A DNA stretch of 64,000 nucleotides from Octopus vulgaris (GCA_951406725.2 OX597832.1:32736001-32800000); one strand, 5' to 3'. Shown: positions 30,913 to 44,133, counted from the stretch's first letter. Translations and numbers: made by a program. Notes: generated from the sequence alone by a model not told the origin.

Positions 30913-32396
30913 TATATTTGTTGTAAGTTCAAACTATATCACTATATTCGTAGTTAAATTTAAGATATGTATTAATTTATGCTATCATCTTTATATAAAA
31001 CGATTGTAAGTATATAACTTAAATTTAGTAATAATGCTATATAAATAATTTTATAAAGACTCTGCCGTGATTGAAAACATTTCTATTGTAAGTACGTATT
31101 TCCGGTTATTTTTCCGTATGTAATGAATGTATAAACATATAAACATTGATTTACAATGGTATTTTTCTCTGATAAATTTGTTTTTTTTACTTGTTAATTA
31201 CAAAGAATAATGTTTGTATTAGTACGCATAAACAGAGTAGAATAATTCTTAAATATAATTATATATCTTTTTGAATAATTATGCATATATGAATATTACT
31301 TTTAGACGCTATTATATATCACCGTATTAAGTACTTTCGAACTTATATCTATATATAAATTCTAGAAAAATAAAACCATTGGCTGACTCTAATATATTTC
31401 CTTTTGTAAAGCTAAGTAAAATTCTGATAATGCATTCATTTATATATTATTATCATTTTTATGTGAGTGATATTATAGTTTCTAATAATCGTAACTTTAT
31501 GCCTTTGTTTAACATCGCGTATTCAGTAGAGACGTTTTGAATTAATGAATCGTTGATTAAAAGTGTGTTTAATGTGTTCAGAGTGGGAATCAGATATATC
31601 CTTATCTATTTTTTCGTAATAGTATATAGAAATTTTAAATACAATATATTTCATACTCCATCATAACTTCAGAACATATATAGGTTTCATTATAAAGATC
31701 TTCTCTACGAAAAAATGGGCAGTGTTTATATAAGATTAAAATAGCCTTCGGTTAATATTATTGAAGGTGCATAAGAACATTTAATGACCGTTGTAATTGT
31801 TTCGTTTATGTAATTAATTTTCTATATTTGAATTTTGCTTTTGGTCTTAATTATATTTATTATATTTTAAAATTATTAATGTTCCTGTTTGCAAAAATTG
31901 CTATATTCTAAATACAACTATTTTATGAATTAGCAGTCATGGCATGGAATTTTTAGATAATTATTTCCCTGGCGAGATTCATATGCATAAAAGTTGATTT
32001 TTATAAATTCACAAGTGGATATGACTCTAAACAAAATGTAGGACATTTTTCTGTTTTAATTATTTGTTATGTTATATCTTTTTATAGTATAATTATATTA
32101 ATTATAAGCTTAATACATTTATGATATGTCACTTGTATTTCACAGTTTCTTTAATATACATATGTGTGTGTGTGTGTGAGGGGGTTTGGTATCCACAAGA
32201 CTCAAAATGGCAGGTAACGCGATGTAAGTTCTACGGAAGAACTGTAGTTTGACTCTCGGTTCGATGATAGTATGAGTGACGATTCTAATGCGGATAAGAC
32301 TACATTATTGTTTATAAATGTTCTAGAAATTTTACGCCACTTTGGCTTTGTTGGCTCATTATATTTCACACACACACACACACATATATATACCCT

Positions 32397-33300
32397 AGGT
32401 GCAATGGGCAAACTGTCACCATTTCATATCTTTCATTTTGCGCTTGCGCGTTGAGTATTTCTTATTTCCTCGGCTACACAGTATAGTAGGGACATTTGGG
32501 CACCGTTAGTGAGAAAAACAGCATTTTGACAATGCACTCTGCCAGAGATTTGAAAACGACATTCTATACTGCTTGGCATTGGCGCTGGAAGCGTCAAAGT
32601 GAACATTTCAGAGTGTTTGAGTGTCAATATGAAGACAGTGCAGAGGTTTCGGAAACAAGTTGGATGCGTCGAGTCGTGATTATGACTGTCCTGATGAGAA
32701 AAGAACACCTGAATTTGTTGGCGAAATCCAGGGAATGATTGACAACGATCCCTCCAAATCAATCAGGTCCATCACCAGTGACTTGGGAGTCTCTGAGTTT
32801 CTTATCAGGCAGGTGGTGCATGAAGACTTTCGGGATTACTCATACAAAATGAAAAGGGGCTCATTTTTATCCCAAGCCATCAATGACAATAGGAAAACAC
32901 CTTGCTACGAAGCTTGTGAACAAACTCAAACATCTCCGCCAACCGAACATGCTTTGGGTTTTCTCAGACGAGAAATATTTCTGCCAGGATCAGAATGTGA
33001 ACACACAGAACAACCGTTGACTTGCCGTGTCCCCAAAACATGTACCTAGAGTGATAAAAATCAAACATCCAGTCAAGATCATGGTGTTTGGAGTGATCAC
33101 TAGTGATAGCGTCGTTATGCCTCCATTCATCTTTCCACAGAACCTGAGAATCCACACGGAGACCTACATCAAGTGCCTGGAAGAAGTAGTGCTAGCTTGA
33201 GTGAAGAGGGTGGCTGCTGGGGGCCCCTATGTCTGGTAACCGTACTATGCACCATGCCACACAAACTGGGGAGCCCAGTGATGACTGTCAGACACTTACA
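32397..33300 (+). pseudogene. Tc1/mariner (maT/DD37D-like) transposase pseudogene with left end
   Basis: RTPEFVGEIQGMIDNDPSKSIRSI..LGVSEFLIRQVVHED; after a frameshift WVFSDEKYF..NTQNNR..KHPVKIMVFGVITSD..MPPFIF..YIKCLEEVV..PYVW*..APCHT. Confidence 0.9.
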
Positions 33301-33599
33301 ACGAGACATTAATTGCCTTCAGAATAATATTTCTTTCGCCCTGTGCTGGTTCTGCAATGATCCTCACTTCGCTTACGTTTGTTTTAAGATACATTAAGCA
33401 GAATTCCAAACGGACTTTATTGCACATGAAGTATGGCACCCTATCCCACGATCAAGTTTTCATGTATTCCTAAACAGAGATTGAACTTGAAAATCCTTTT
33501 TCTTACTGCTAAAATTTCGACGGCCTTTTTAATGGGGGTAAATAGCGATATAGAAGTGTTTGTCTTCTGTGCTACGTCAGATAATACTGAGTCAGCCAC

Positions 33600-33829
33600 T
33601 GATGATGAAGATAATAATGATGATGATGATGATGAGAAGGAGGAGGAGGAGGATGAGGAGGCGGTGTAGGAGGAGGCGGAGTAGGAGGATGGTGATAACG
33701 TTTATGCTGCAACTGCTGCTGATGATATTGATTATAGTGGTTGTGGTGGAGATTGTGTTGGTGGTGTTAAATGACGACGACGATGACGACGATGACGAAT
33801 ACAATGATGAGGGCGACAACAACGACGAC

Positions 33830-33864
<35 letters not shown>

Positions 33865-33870
33865 CAATGG
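33600..33870. repeat. Degenerate (GAT)n/(GAG)n/(GAC)n microsatellite
   Basis: Direct reading. Confidence 0.9.
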
Positions 33871-34339
33871 CAGTTGTAATGGAGTGGAAGACTCGAAACG
33901 AGTGAAATGGTCGAATGAAGAAACACGTAATTAACAAGTAATTAACGATGATCTCAAAAATCGCATAAAATTCCATATAAAATTTATGGCCGTAAATTAG
34001 GGTTTTCGCATTCAGCCGCCGAAATAGATTGGTGGAATCAATAGAGCGTCTCATAAAACCATTTCCCGTTCTGCCAGGAGGAAAAGAGCGTCTTCGGAGT
34101 CTCTTTAAATTCTGAGAATGGGTGTATATTCTTTTTGTTTGGTTTATGCCAGTTCAAATCTTTACCTTTAAAGATTTGAACCAGGTTAAACTTTACCTTT
34201 CACCGTTCGACACTTATAACACGAAGTACCTGACCAGAACTGTCATCCATGGATTCAGCTAAAAAACCCTCCCCTCAAAGGTATTGGGATTTGTACTTTA
34301 ATAAGGAATAATGATATATATTTCATTTTTATATCTGTG

Positions 34340-34340
34340 T

Positions 34341-34387
<47 letters not shown>

Positions 34388-34663
34388 ATATTGCTGCTGC
34401 TGCTGCTGCTGCTACTATTGCTTCTACTACTACTGCTGCTGTTGCTTCTACTACTACTACTACAACTACGACGACGACAACTACTGCTTCTACTACTACT
34501 ATTGATGCTGCTACTGCTACTATTACTACTTGTACTATTACTGCTGCTGCCTCTGCATCTGCTGCTGCCACTGCTGCTCTGAACATCAACGTCATCCTTG
34601 CCATAATGCTCACCAATTTATAGCCATCAATATAATTATCATCGTCAGTATCGTCATCGTTAT

Positions 34664-34694
<31 letters not shown>

Positions 34695-34900
34695 TTCATC
34701 ATCACAGAGTTCAAATTCCGCCAGGAACAGCTTTGCCCTTCGTCCTCCCAGGCTCGAGAAATGGGGTTCATACAATCGACTTACGCCTCCCACAATTTCG
34801 ATGGTATCGGACCAAGAGTTTGAAACCCCATATCGTCGTTGTCATCATCATCAGCATCATCATCTTCATCATTATCATCATCATCAGCATCGTCATCATC

Positions 34901-34932
<32 letters not shown>

Positions 34933-34979
34933 CGTCATCATCATCATCACCCTCATCGTCACCACCATCATCATCATCA

Positions 34980-35012
<33 letters not shown>

Positions 35013-35055
35013 GTCATCATCATCATCATCGTTGTCGTTGTTGTTGTTATTATGT
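34340..35055. repeat. (ACT)n/(GCT)n/(ATC)n microsatellites with a SINE fragment at ~34700-34825
   Basis: Direct reading; GAGTTCAAATTCCGCC..CTTTGCCCTTCGTCCT within. Confidence 0.85.
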
Positions 35056-35286
35056 TTTGTTTTATTTCTGACGAAATGCAAGATAAAAGATTACCCGTCT
35101 ATTATACGCGTAGAAAGAGAAAACGAAACCCCAAAAAGAAAAACAAGAAGATAAAAATTATGATGATGGCTTTTCATTCGTATCATTGTGACACATCTCA
35201 AACTTTATAATATCGCCCGTTACTTAAGATAATGTCATAAAGATAATGAAACATAAATATACATACATACATACATACATATATAT

Positions 35287-35340
<54 letters not shown>

Positions 35341-35348
<8 letters not shown>

Positions 35349-35717
35349 GGCAGTTTGTCTGTGCGTGTTTCTGTGTGTCTGTTTTCTCGTACCCTCACCC
35401 TGACCACGGCTTTCAACCGATTCTGATGAAACTTGACACACACATAGCCCAATGTCATAATTCAAAACTAACGCAGCGAAAATTTTGAAAAGTTAACCCC
35501 AGTTCTGAAAAAAATCGATAAATTCGACATGGGGTCGAGAATAAAAAAAAACAAACCACAGACTGTCTAGGGGACGCAACTCAACCTTTTTTTACTCTCA
35601 AAAAAAAATTTACCATAATTTTTTTCCATTTTTTGCTATTTTTTGGCTATAACTCTCTAAAAATGCTTTATAGTTATTTCCCTTACAAACCTGAGCAACG
35701 CCGGGCGATACTGCTAG
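35341..35717 (+). mobile_element. Non-autonomous Helitron-like element
   Basis: Begins in TATATA-AACGGCAGTTTGTCTG. Ends in a GC-rich imperfect hairpin CCTGAGCAACGCCGGG (35690-35705) and CTAG (35714-35717) followed by T; no TSD seen. Confidence 0.75.
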
Positions 35718-35749
<32 letters not shown>

Positions 35750-35984
35750 CATGTATGTATGTATGTATATGTATATATGTATGCATATAATAATATATAT
35801 ATACATATACAAATACATACATCGTAAATAAGAGTGTATTTACACTGAATATAAGGAGGAAAGACAAACAGCAAAATAGCTTCTTGATAAGAGTAATATT
35901 TTTATAGGAAGCAAGATTAGTAAGAAAATTATTCTGAAGAAGGAAAGAATTTAGTTATGGCAGCAGCTAAAAATTGGAAGAAAT

Positions 35985-36070
35985 CCACCACAACCACCAC
36001 CACCACCACCACCACCACCACCACCACCACCACCACCACCACCACCACCACCACCACCACCACCACCAAC
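35985..36070. repeat. (CAC)n microsatellite
   Basis: Direct reading. Confidence 0.95.
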
Positions 36071-36187
36071 GAAACTCAATCATTTAGATAAATATATATT
36101 ATACTTTATATTTTTTGCTACATACAATGCTGCAATCTTTGAGCAACGAAAGTTTACTATCTTCAATGCTAAAATAATTTTATCACA

Positions 36188-36425
36188 TTCTGTTGCGTCT
36201 GCGAAGAGACATTCTTTTTTTGTGCCTTATAATTTAACACACTCACCAGTAGAATTTCGACTTTCTTTTACTATTTTTCTAAAATTTGCGTTGCGTCGAA
36301 ATTTTACCGGTGAGTGTTAAATTAAAAGCCAGCAAAAGAGAATGACTCTTCCTAGACGCATCAGAATATGCTTCAACACACGAACTCACATAAAGAATCT
36401 TGCAAACCAAATCCCAAAACGAAAT
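36188..36425. repeat. Palindromic interspersed repeat (imperfect IR ~36188-36261 / 36295-36366)
   Basis: Arms pair by eye; a second family member in opposite orientation lies at 48450-48680. Confidence 0.7.
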
Positions 36426-36692
36426 CTTATCATGAAGAACATTTAATACTGGTTTCAATCATTGTGACTTTTCCAAACTTAGAGTGATGCATGAAAAAAT
36501 TAAATTGTAGAAAAATTAAATGAAATAGTTTTTAAAAATATATATATTTCCATAGCTTTTCTGTTATTTTTTTCTGCCTGTCTCTGTCTCTCTTTTTTAC
36601 ACTTGTGGGTTCTACGTAGTTGGCAGCATCTAGTTTGATATAAATTCTTGTCTTTGGTTGTTTAAGCAGCAGAAGTAGTAGAGAAGCAAGTA

Positions 36693-36798
36693 GTACTTGC
36701 TTCGGCAGTACAGATACTAAAATTGAAACGATACAGAGAAGATTAGCATGGCCCCTGCGCAAGGATGACACGCAAATTCGTGAAGCGTTCCATATTTT
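36693..36798 (+). pseudogene. U6: U6 snRNA, full-length copy (probable retropseudogene)
   Basis: GTACTTGCTTCGGCAGTAC..ACAGAGAAGATTAGCATGGCCCCTGCGCAAGGATGACACGCAAATTCGTGAAGCGTTCCATATTTT; ACAGAGA box and AGC triad intact. Upstream sequence is repeat-derived with no TATA at about -30. Confidence 0.95.
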
Positions 36799-36801
36799 GA
36801 A

Positions 36802-37010
36802 GCCGGCGAGCTGGCAGAAAAATTAGCGCGCTTCGTCTGCCGTTACGTCCTGAGTTCAAATTCCGCCGAGGTCGACTTTGCCTTTCATTCTTTCAGGGTC
36901 GATAAATTAAATACCACTTACGCACTGATGTCGATGTAATCGACTTAATCAATTTATCTGTCTTTGTTTATCCCCTCTATATTTAGCCCTTTGTGGATAA
37001 TAAAGAAATA
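36802..37010 (+). mobile_element. tRNA-derived SINE (family A), 5' end present, small internal deletion
   Basis: GCCGGCGAGCTGGCAGAA..TGAGTTCAAATTCCGCCGAGGTCGACTTTGCCTTTCATT..AATAAAGAAATA. Confidence 0.9.
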
Positions 37011-37044
37011 AGTAGTAGTAGAGAAAGGATGCGGCGGAGAAGAA

Positions 37045-37270
37045 GTAGAAGAAGAAGAAAAAGAAGAAGGAAAAGAAGAAGAAAAAAGGATGCGGGAGTG
37101 GTATGACAGTAGCAGGAATCCACTTAAATGGTCAAGGGATCTAAATGTGACTCGTTGGGGGTCACTTTTAGGTCAGAACCATTTAAGTGGATTCCAACAA
37201 CATCCTGCTACTGTCATACCACTCCCGCATCCTTTTATTCTTCTTCTTTTCCTTCTTCTTCTTCTTCTTC
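37045..37270. repeat. Long fold-back inverted repeat
   Basis: Perfect 34-bp arms 37084-37117 / 37203-37236, inner 18-bp arms 37115-37132 / 37178-37195 and an innermost 16-bp stem. Confidence 0.9.
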
Positions 37271-37527
37271 TTCTTCTTCTTCTTCTTCTTCTTCTTCTTC
37301 TTCTTCTTTTTCTTCTTTTCCTTCTTCTTCTCCATTTTCTTCTTCTTCTTCTTCTTCTTCTTCTTCTTCTTCTCCTTCTTCTTCTTCTTCTTCTTCTTTT
37401 TCTTCATTTCCTTCTTCTTCTTCTTCTTCTTCTTCTTCTTCTTCTTCTTTTCCTTCTTCTTCTTCTTCTTCTTCTTCTTCTTCTTCTTCTTTTTCTTCTT
37501 TTCCTTTTTCTTCTCCTTCTTCTTCTC
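37237..37527. repeat. (CTT)n microsatellite
   Basis: Direct reading. Confidence 0.95.
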
Positions 37528-38415
37528 CACCGCCTCCTTTCTCTATATACTAGATAGAAGACAAAAATATGTAGATGTGTGTGTGGATATATATCCATAT
37601 GTAAATATATGTATACGTAGAAATATATGCACTCAGACGCACAAAGAAACACGCTCTCACCCTTACACTTATAAGTGGGGGAACAGTTTACCGTAGACTA
37701 TTGTCAAAGTATGTCAGGCACAGTTTTTTCCAACAAGATTGTATATTTACTTATCACAAAGATGATGACAATGATGTGAAGGATAGACGATGATGATGAA
37801 TAAAGTTTACGATGATGACGACGATGACGATGACAACAATGAAATTAAAGAGGACAATAAAAATGGTGTGGAAGCCGGATATGATGACATCGATGATGAT
37901 GATGATGATGATGGTGACCGTAATATTCGTTGTGATTTTGCGAAATACATTAAAAAAGGGATGCTGAAGTGGAGAATGACGTTGATATCAAAATCAATTT
38001 TGCCACTTGTCGTCGCATCTGTGTTATTGTTGTTGCTGTTGTAGTCATTGATTTGATTTTAGTTCCAAGTCAACCATGATTGAGCAGAATTTCACTTCAA
38101 AGCCAATCTGTTCTTGAGACTAGACTCCAGATCATATCCAAGACTATTCAGATGGAGTAGAAATGAAGTTCAAAGAAACTTCAACCTTCACAACACTGTT
38201 TGATTCTTTGTATTTTCTTCAAAAATTATCCTACGCATTGTTTTATTGAATCACTTAAAATTCTAAGTCAATAAGTTGTAATCCGTTGGAGATTTGACTG
38301 TTATTTCTCCAAGCTCTGCAATAGGAACATTAACCATACCACTTTGGTGGTATGATTAATGTTCCTATTGTATTAAAACAACCAACAAGTATACTCGGCA
38401 TTTTATTTCTTATAT

Positions 38416-38515
<100 letters not shown>

Positions 38516-38760
38516 TTTCCATGATTAACATTGATTGTATTGTAACAGAATATTAAATACTTCGAAAAGGCACATATGTGGATGAGGATTGTATATATCC
38601 AAATGTATTTATGTACGTATTATTTTTCAGTATAACGGTGCATGTATGCGCACTGGTGTATCCATACATCCTTCCATCCATCTATTTATCAAGCTATCGA
38701 TTGATCAATCTTTTTATCAATCAATTCATATTCATCGTATGCATTACTACTCAAGAAAGG

Positions 38761-38795
<35 letters not shown>

Positions 38796-38803
38796 CATAT
38801 ATA

Positions 38804-39285
38804 GGTGCAGATGTGGGTTTGTGATAACAAGTTTGCTTCTCAACCACACAGTTCTAGATTCAATCCCACTGCGTGGCACCAATACCAGGTTTCTTCTACT
38901 ATGGCCGCAGGCCGACCAAACACTTGTTTTTGGCAGACAGAGATTGAAAGAAGCTTGTCGTATTTATATATACGCCACACAAACATATACATACATACAT
39001 ACATATACATAGACTCACAGACACAAACACACACACACAGATACACACACTCATATATATGTATATATGTATATGTTTGGGCGTCTGAGTTTATTCCCAC
39101 CCAACTTCGCCTGGCAACAGACGTTGGTGTGTTTACATCCTCGTAACTTAACGATTCGGCAAAAAGGCCGATACAGTAAATACTAGGCTTACGAAGAATA
39201 AGTCTTGGGGTCGATTTGTTTGACTATAAGCGGTGCACTAGACGGCCGCTGTCAAGTCATTGACACAAGTAAAACAAATAAAAAA
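38804..39285 (+). mobile_element. tRNA-derived SINE (family B) with internal microsatellite
   Basis: ..TGCTTCTCAACCACACAGTTCTAGATTCAATCCCACTGCGTGGCACC..GCCGACCAAA..TGAAAGAAGC; tail GGTGTGTTTACATCCTCGTAACTTAACGATTCGGC. Confidence 0.75.
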
Positions 39286-39330
39286 GAATATATATATATA
39301 TACATATATGTGCGTGTATATATACACGTA

Positions 39331-39394
<64 letters not shown>

Positions 39395-39721
39395 CTTATA
39401 CACGTGTGTATACAGGTAAAGAGAAAGGGAGAGAGGCGTACACATGTAATTATAAGGAAAGTGGTTTTGTATTCAGAGCGTTGTAAGATATGCATGCGTT
39501 TCATGAAAATGTTGAAACGGTTGCATGACATTTGCATAAATGTTATACAACCTTGCATTTTAACTCCCGTGTGTCCCGCTCTAAGCGCTCACTACCCTAC
39601 CCCCATTTTGGGATATACGTATTTATATGAGTAAATATATACACATACATACACACACACATATACATACATATACACATACATACATACATACAAACAT
39701 GCATACATACATATATATGCA

Positions 39722-39802
<81 letters not shown>

Positions 39803-40167
39803 GTATGTATATGAACTTTTACGGTACGCATGTGTGTGTATGAGTTTGTATATATATGCGTATATATTTGGCGAAAAATGCGAGTGAAGATGTGTACGTT
39901 TTCAAAGTGACGTATAAGTACGCACGAGGGTCCGCGAGGGCACATGTGAGCGTATGACTAGCCATGTTTACGTGTTTACTATGAAATTTTAATCTTATTT
40001 TATATAAGTAGCAGAATTATAACACAGCAATGTCCCTTTATATAACGATTATTTTTTCATAGCGTTTTTTCAGATGGCCAGATAACCAAAGGGATCGTGT
40101 TGTGGATTTCCAATTCGGCATCTGAAACTCAGAGTTTTATCTTGACTATTGAGTAATTGTAACATAT

Positions 40168-40261
<94 letters not shown>

Positions 40262-40462
40262 TGTAGTTAAGTATTTATGCATAAGTGTATATATATGGAG
40301 AAATGCAAACGAGGGTGGCAGTTACTTAAAGGGACATCCATGCGACTGTACAACTCAGAGAAATAATCCAGTGAACCACGAACAGCAGGAAATTCTGTGA
40401 ATCTGAATGCACTCATAGACGATTGCATACATGCAATATGTATATAATATATGCACGTTTAT

Positions 40463-40495
<33 letters not shown>

Positions 40496-40710
40496 TTATA
40501 CATACGAATACATACAAATATATATATATATATATATATGTGTATATATATATTTATACACGTATGTATGTATATATTTGTACACATGTACGTATGTTTG
40601 TTGTATGTTTTTAATCACATATTCATGTATTTATGCATGTATGTGTGTATTAGTGAACCTCAACGACGAATGTATATGTGCAAAATATATACAATATCTT
40701 TACGGCTTAC

Positions 40711-40761
<51 letters not shown>

Positions 40762-41309
40762 ATTTAAGTATGTATATATGCATGTACTTATTCATGTATA
40801 TGCATGTGTGTGTGTTGATGTATGTATTGGTACATATATATGCATCTTTGCGTGTATAAATGTGTGTGACATGTTATCAGAAGGTTACATTGATCTGTGT
40901 TTCGTTTACAATAGAGCCGTTCGATGATAATACGAAATAGCGAGATCGATCAGGCTTAATAACAGCATGCAAGGAAGCAAAATGACTGTTTGATGCTCAT
41001 TTCAATATATTTTTGAGATTTTTATTGATATTTCCCTATATATTCCACCCCACTGCCACCCGCAAATCCTCAGGCACCACAATTACCACACCCACCACAA
41101 CCACAACAACAACTATAGACAATGCCAATACATTTATCTACAGCAGTTTCTCGTTCCCCACCACAACCACCACCACCACCACCGCCGCCACCGCCATCCA
41201 CCACCGTTCCCATCTCCACCATTACTCCAAACTCAATGCATCTTCTATCACAGCATCTTCCACATCAAATCCAGCTATGGAAGCAATGAGATATATTGCT
41301 TTTCCTAAT

Positions 41310-41630
<321 letters not shown>

Positions 41631-42067
41631 TTTTCTTGTTCGTTTGGTTCTCATTTGTGTTAGTTCTTTTCATGTGACGCACGTTCTCATACTTAGAGAA
41701 AATAATCCTAACACACATGCTTGCGTGTATGTTCATATACACATTTATATACACATGGATGCATGTAAATACATGCGCTCATATGCATCCATGTGTATTT
41801 CTGTGTACTTGTATAAATAATAGCCGTATACTTATATGTCTTTACAGATATGCAGTTATGTGTAACCAATTATATAAGCGTAAATAACTTTATACGCAAA
41901 TATATTAATATTATTATAAATCTACACGCATAAAAATACACGTATATATATATATACATATACATACATACATATATACATACATAAACACATACATACA
42001 TACATACATATATATACATACATACATATACATATATATATATATATATATACATACATAGATATAC

Positions 42068-42102
<35 letters not shown>

Positions 42103-43187
42103 GTTAAGCGTGTAGATATATGTGTATTTGTATATGCATTCAGATACGGGTTGTTCTATACTTCATATATACGCACACAATTTCAAATTCTTTTTATCAA
42201 TCCAACCAATCATGAAAACTCATTTCACTATTTGGGCTAAAGAATATTTATGTCTCCTGCTCCAAAAGCCAAATAGAATATTTATCTCTATGTATATTCA
42301 AACACTGTCTTTTTTTGCGCCTGTGCGTGCGTCTGTGCCTGTGTTTAGGTACGCTTGTGCATGAATATATTGCTTTATAAGACTTGTGTTTGCATTGCCG
42401 GGGAGAGGGAAATGAAGTATGCGGTTTGGAAAGCTTTTATATGAAATGCGAATTTCATTTCAGAAATTTTTTCGTAAATAGAAATAAATAAAACAATAGG
42501 CAAAACATCAAGATAAGTAATCCTCGCAATTCCGTGTTTTTCTAAATATTATTTCCATAATTCTGTAATTGCTTATCCATTGTATAACGAAGTTTCCCTT
42601 ACATAGTTTTGCTTTTAGCATCTAGTTATCTAGTTAAAAATCTTTGCACTTATTTTTCTCATTTTTTTCACTGTGTTCCATTTCAATTTTTCTGTGTATT
42701 CGTCCATGTTTCAAGTTTTTTCTTCGCCATTGAAATGTTTAAATTTCCAGTTTTCCTGTACTATAGAACAATTTTCTTTTATATTTTCTTCAATTATTTA
42801 ATTTTCTTTCTTATTATTTTATGTTCGTTCGCTGTAGTATTTATGGCGATTTTCATGTATTTCTTTTACATACAAGTTCTCTCGTCACATGACTAGATTC
42901 GTTTAATAAGCTAGAAAGTATTTGTTTTTATGGTGTGATTTTAATATTTTGTCTCATAACTTAACGTGTGTAAGTCATTATTTTTCTACAGAATTTGGTA
43001 GGAATAAGTATTAAACTATCTTCCCTTTATTGGCTAGAAACCATGCCATGTAATATAAGTTACAAAACATCTACGAAAGTACATAGTGTGAGCGTATAAA
43101 TGTGTTCACGCGGAGCAAGCTATGCGAAACTGAAACAAATTTAAATTAAATTCATGGAACTCAAAGCTTATATGTTGAGCACTACTT

Positions 43188-43398
43188 TTGCAGCGTGGTA
43201 GGTGTTTATAAGCCATTTAAGAAACACACAAAAACCGTTAGATTCACTTCAACATTTAAATTTAATTTGTCAAAATATTTTCGTCGCTTTGAGACCGCGA
43301 CCGGTTCACTGACAAAACTTTGTGCTGCATCTCTTGAAGTGAATCTAATGGTTTTTGTGTGTTTCTTAAATGGCTTATAAACACCTTCCACGCTGCAA
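43188..43398. repeat. 65-bp inverted repeat enclosing a hammerhead-like motif (PLE-terminus-like)
   Basis: Arms 43188-43252 / 43334-43398 with 2 mismatches. Confidence 0.9.
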
Positions 43399-43456
43399 TT
43401 GTCTTCGTTCCAGCACACGATCTCAGATCAGGTCACTTGCTATGCAAATACATCCC

Positions 43457-43500
<44 letters not shown>

Positions 43501-44099
43501 GTTGATCTCTAATTCGAGTTACATCTCTATTTTTCTTTACTTTTTCCATCATTCTCTCTGTATCTCTCTCCTTTCGCATCGTATGAGAGAACTAAAAACT
43601 GAAAAATATTCATTTCCTATTCACTAAAAGAGAAGTTGTATTGAAGCACGTTGACGGATCGAAAGAAAATCGAAAATGAAATACATTCAGAGTCTTATTG
43701 TTGATTCCAGCATCGAACCCTTTCGTTCCTATTAAATGTTCTTAGTCGATATAGTGTATACAGGTATTAATAGGAAATGCATCATCTCCCACTTCACGTG
43801 CTTCCATCGATAGTATTAATAAATTAGCTGTGATTATTTTAATGAGTTGTAGATTTGGAATGCTGCAAAAGAAACCTGCAATTTTTATTACCGCTAAATA
43901 TATATTTATGAAGCAATTACAATGTGCCAGTTCTTGGGGATAGATTTTCATTACAGCAATTATCGTACACTGTAAATAAACACAAGAAATATATTCTACA
44001 TGGCAAAAGTACGGCGGTGAGAAATCCGTTTGCTTTCAACAGCTTTGCTAACAGGTTTTCTAGAGTAAAATACGTGATTTCAGGTTTTGTTCCTACTGT

Positions 44100-44101
44100 A
44101 C

Positions 44102-44133
<32 letters not shown>

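Larger units (their letters stand above)
36428..37117. mobile_element. PLE-terminus-like repeat interrupted by the U6-SINE insertion
   Basis: Both flanks align colinearly with the uninterrupted copy at ~56800-57134. Confidence 0.7.

Noticed and set aside
35423-35432. CTGATGAAAC as a hammerhead core
   Set aside because: No room for stem II between CTGATGA and GAAA; it is internal Helitron sequence.
36693-36798. U6 as a functional snRNA gene
   Set aside because: Upstream DNA is part of an interrupted repeat with no TATA at about -30, two substitutions differ from the usual U6 sequence (ACAGATAC, TTGAAACG), and it is fused to a SINE within candidate TSDs.
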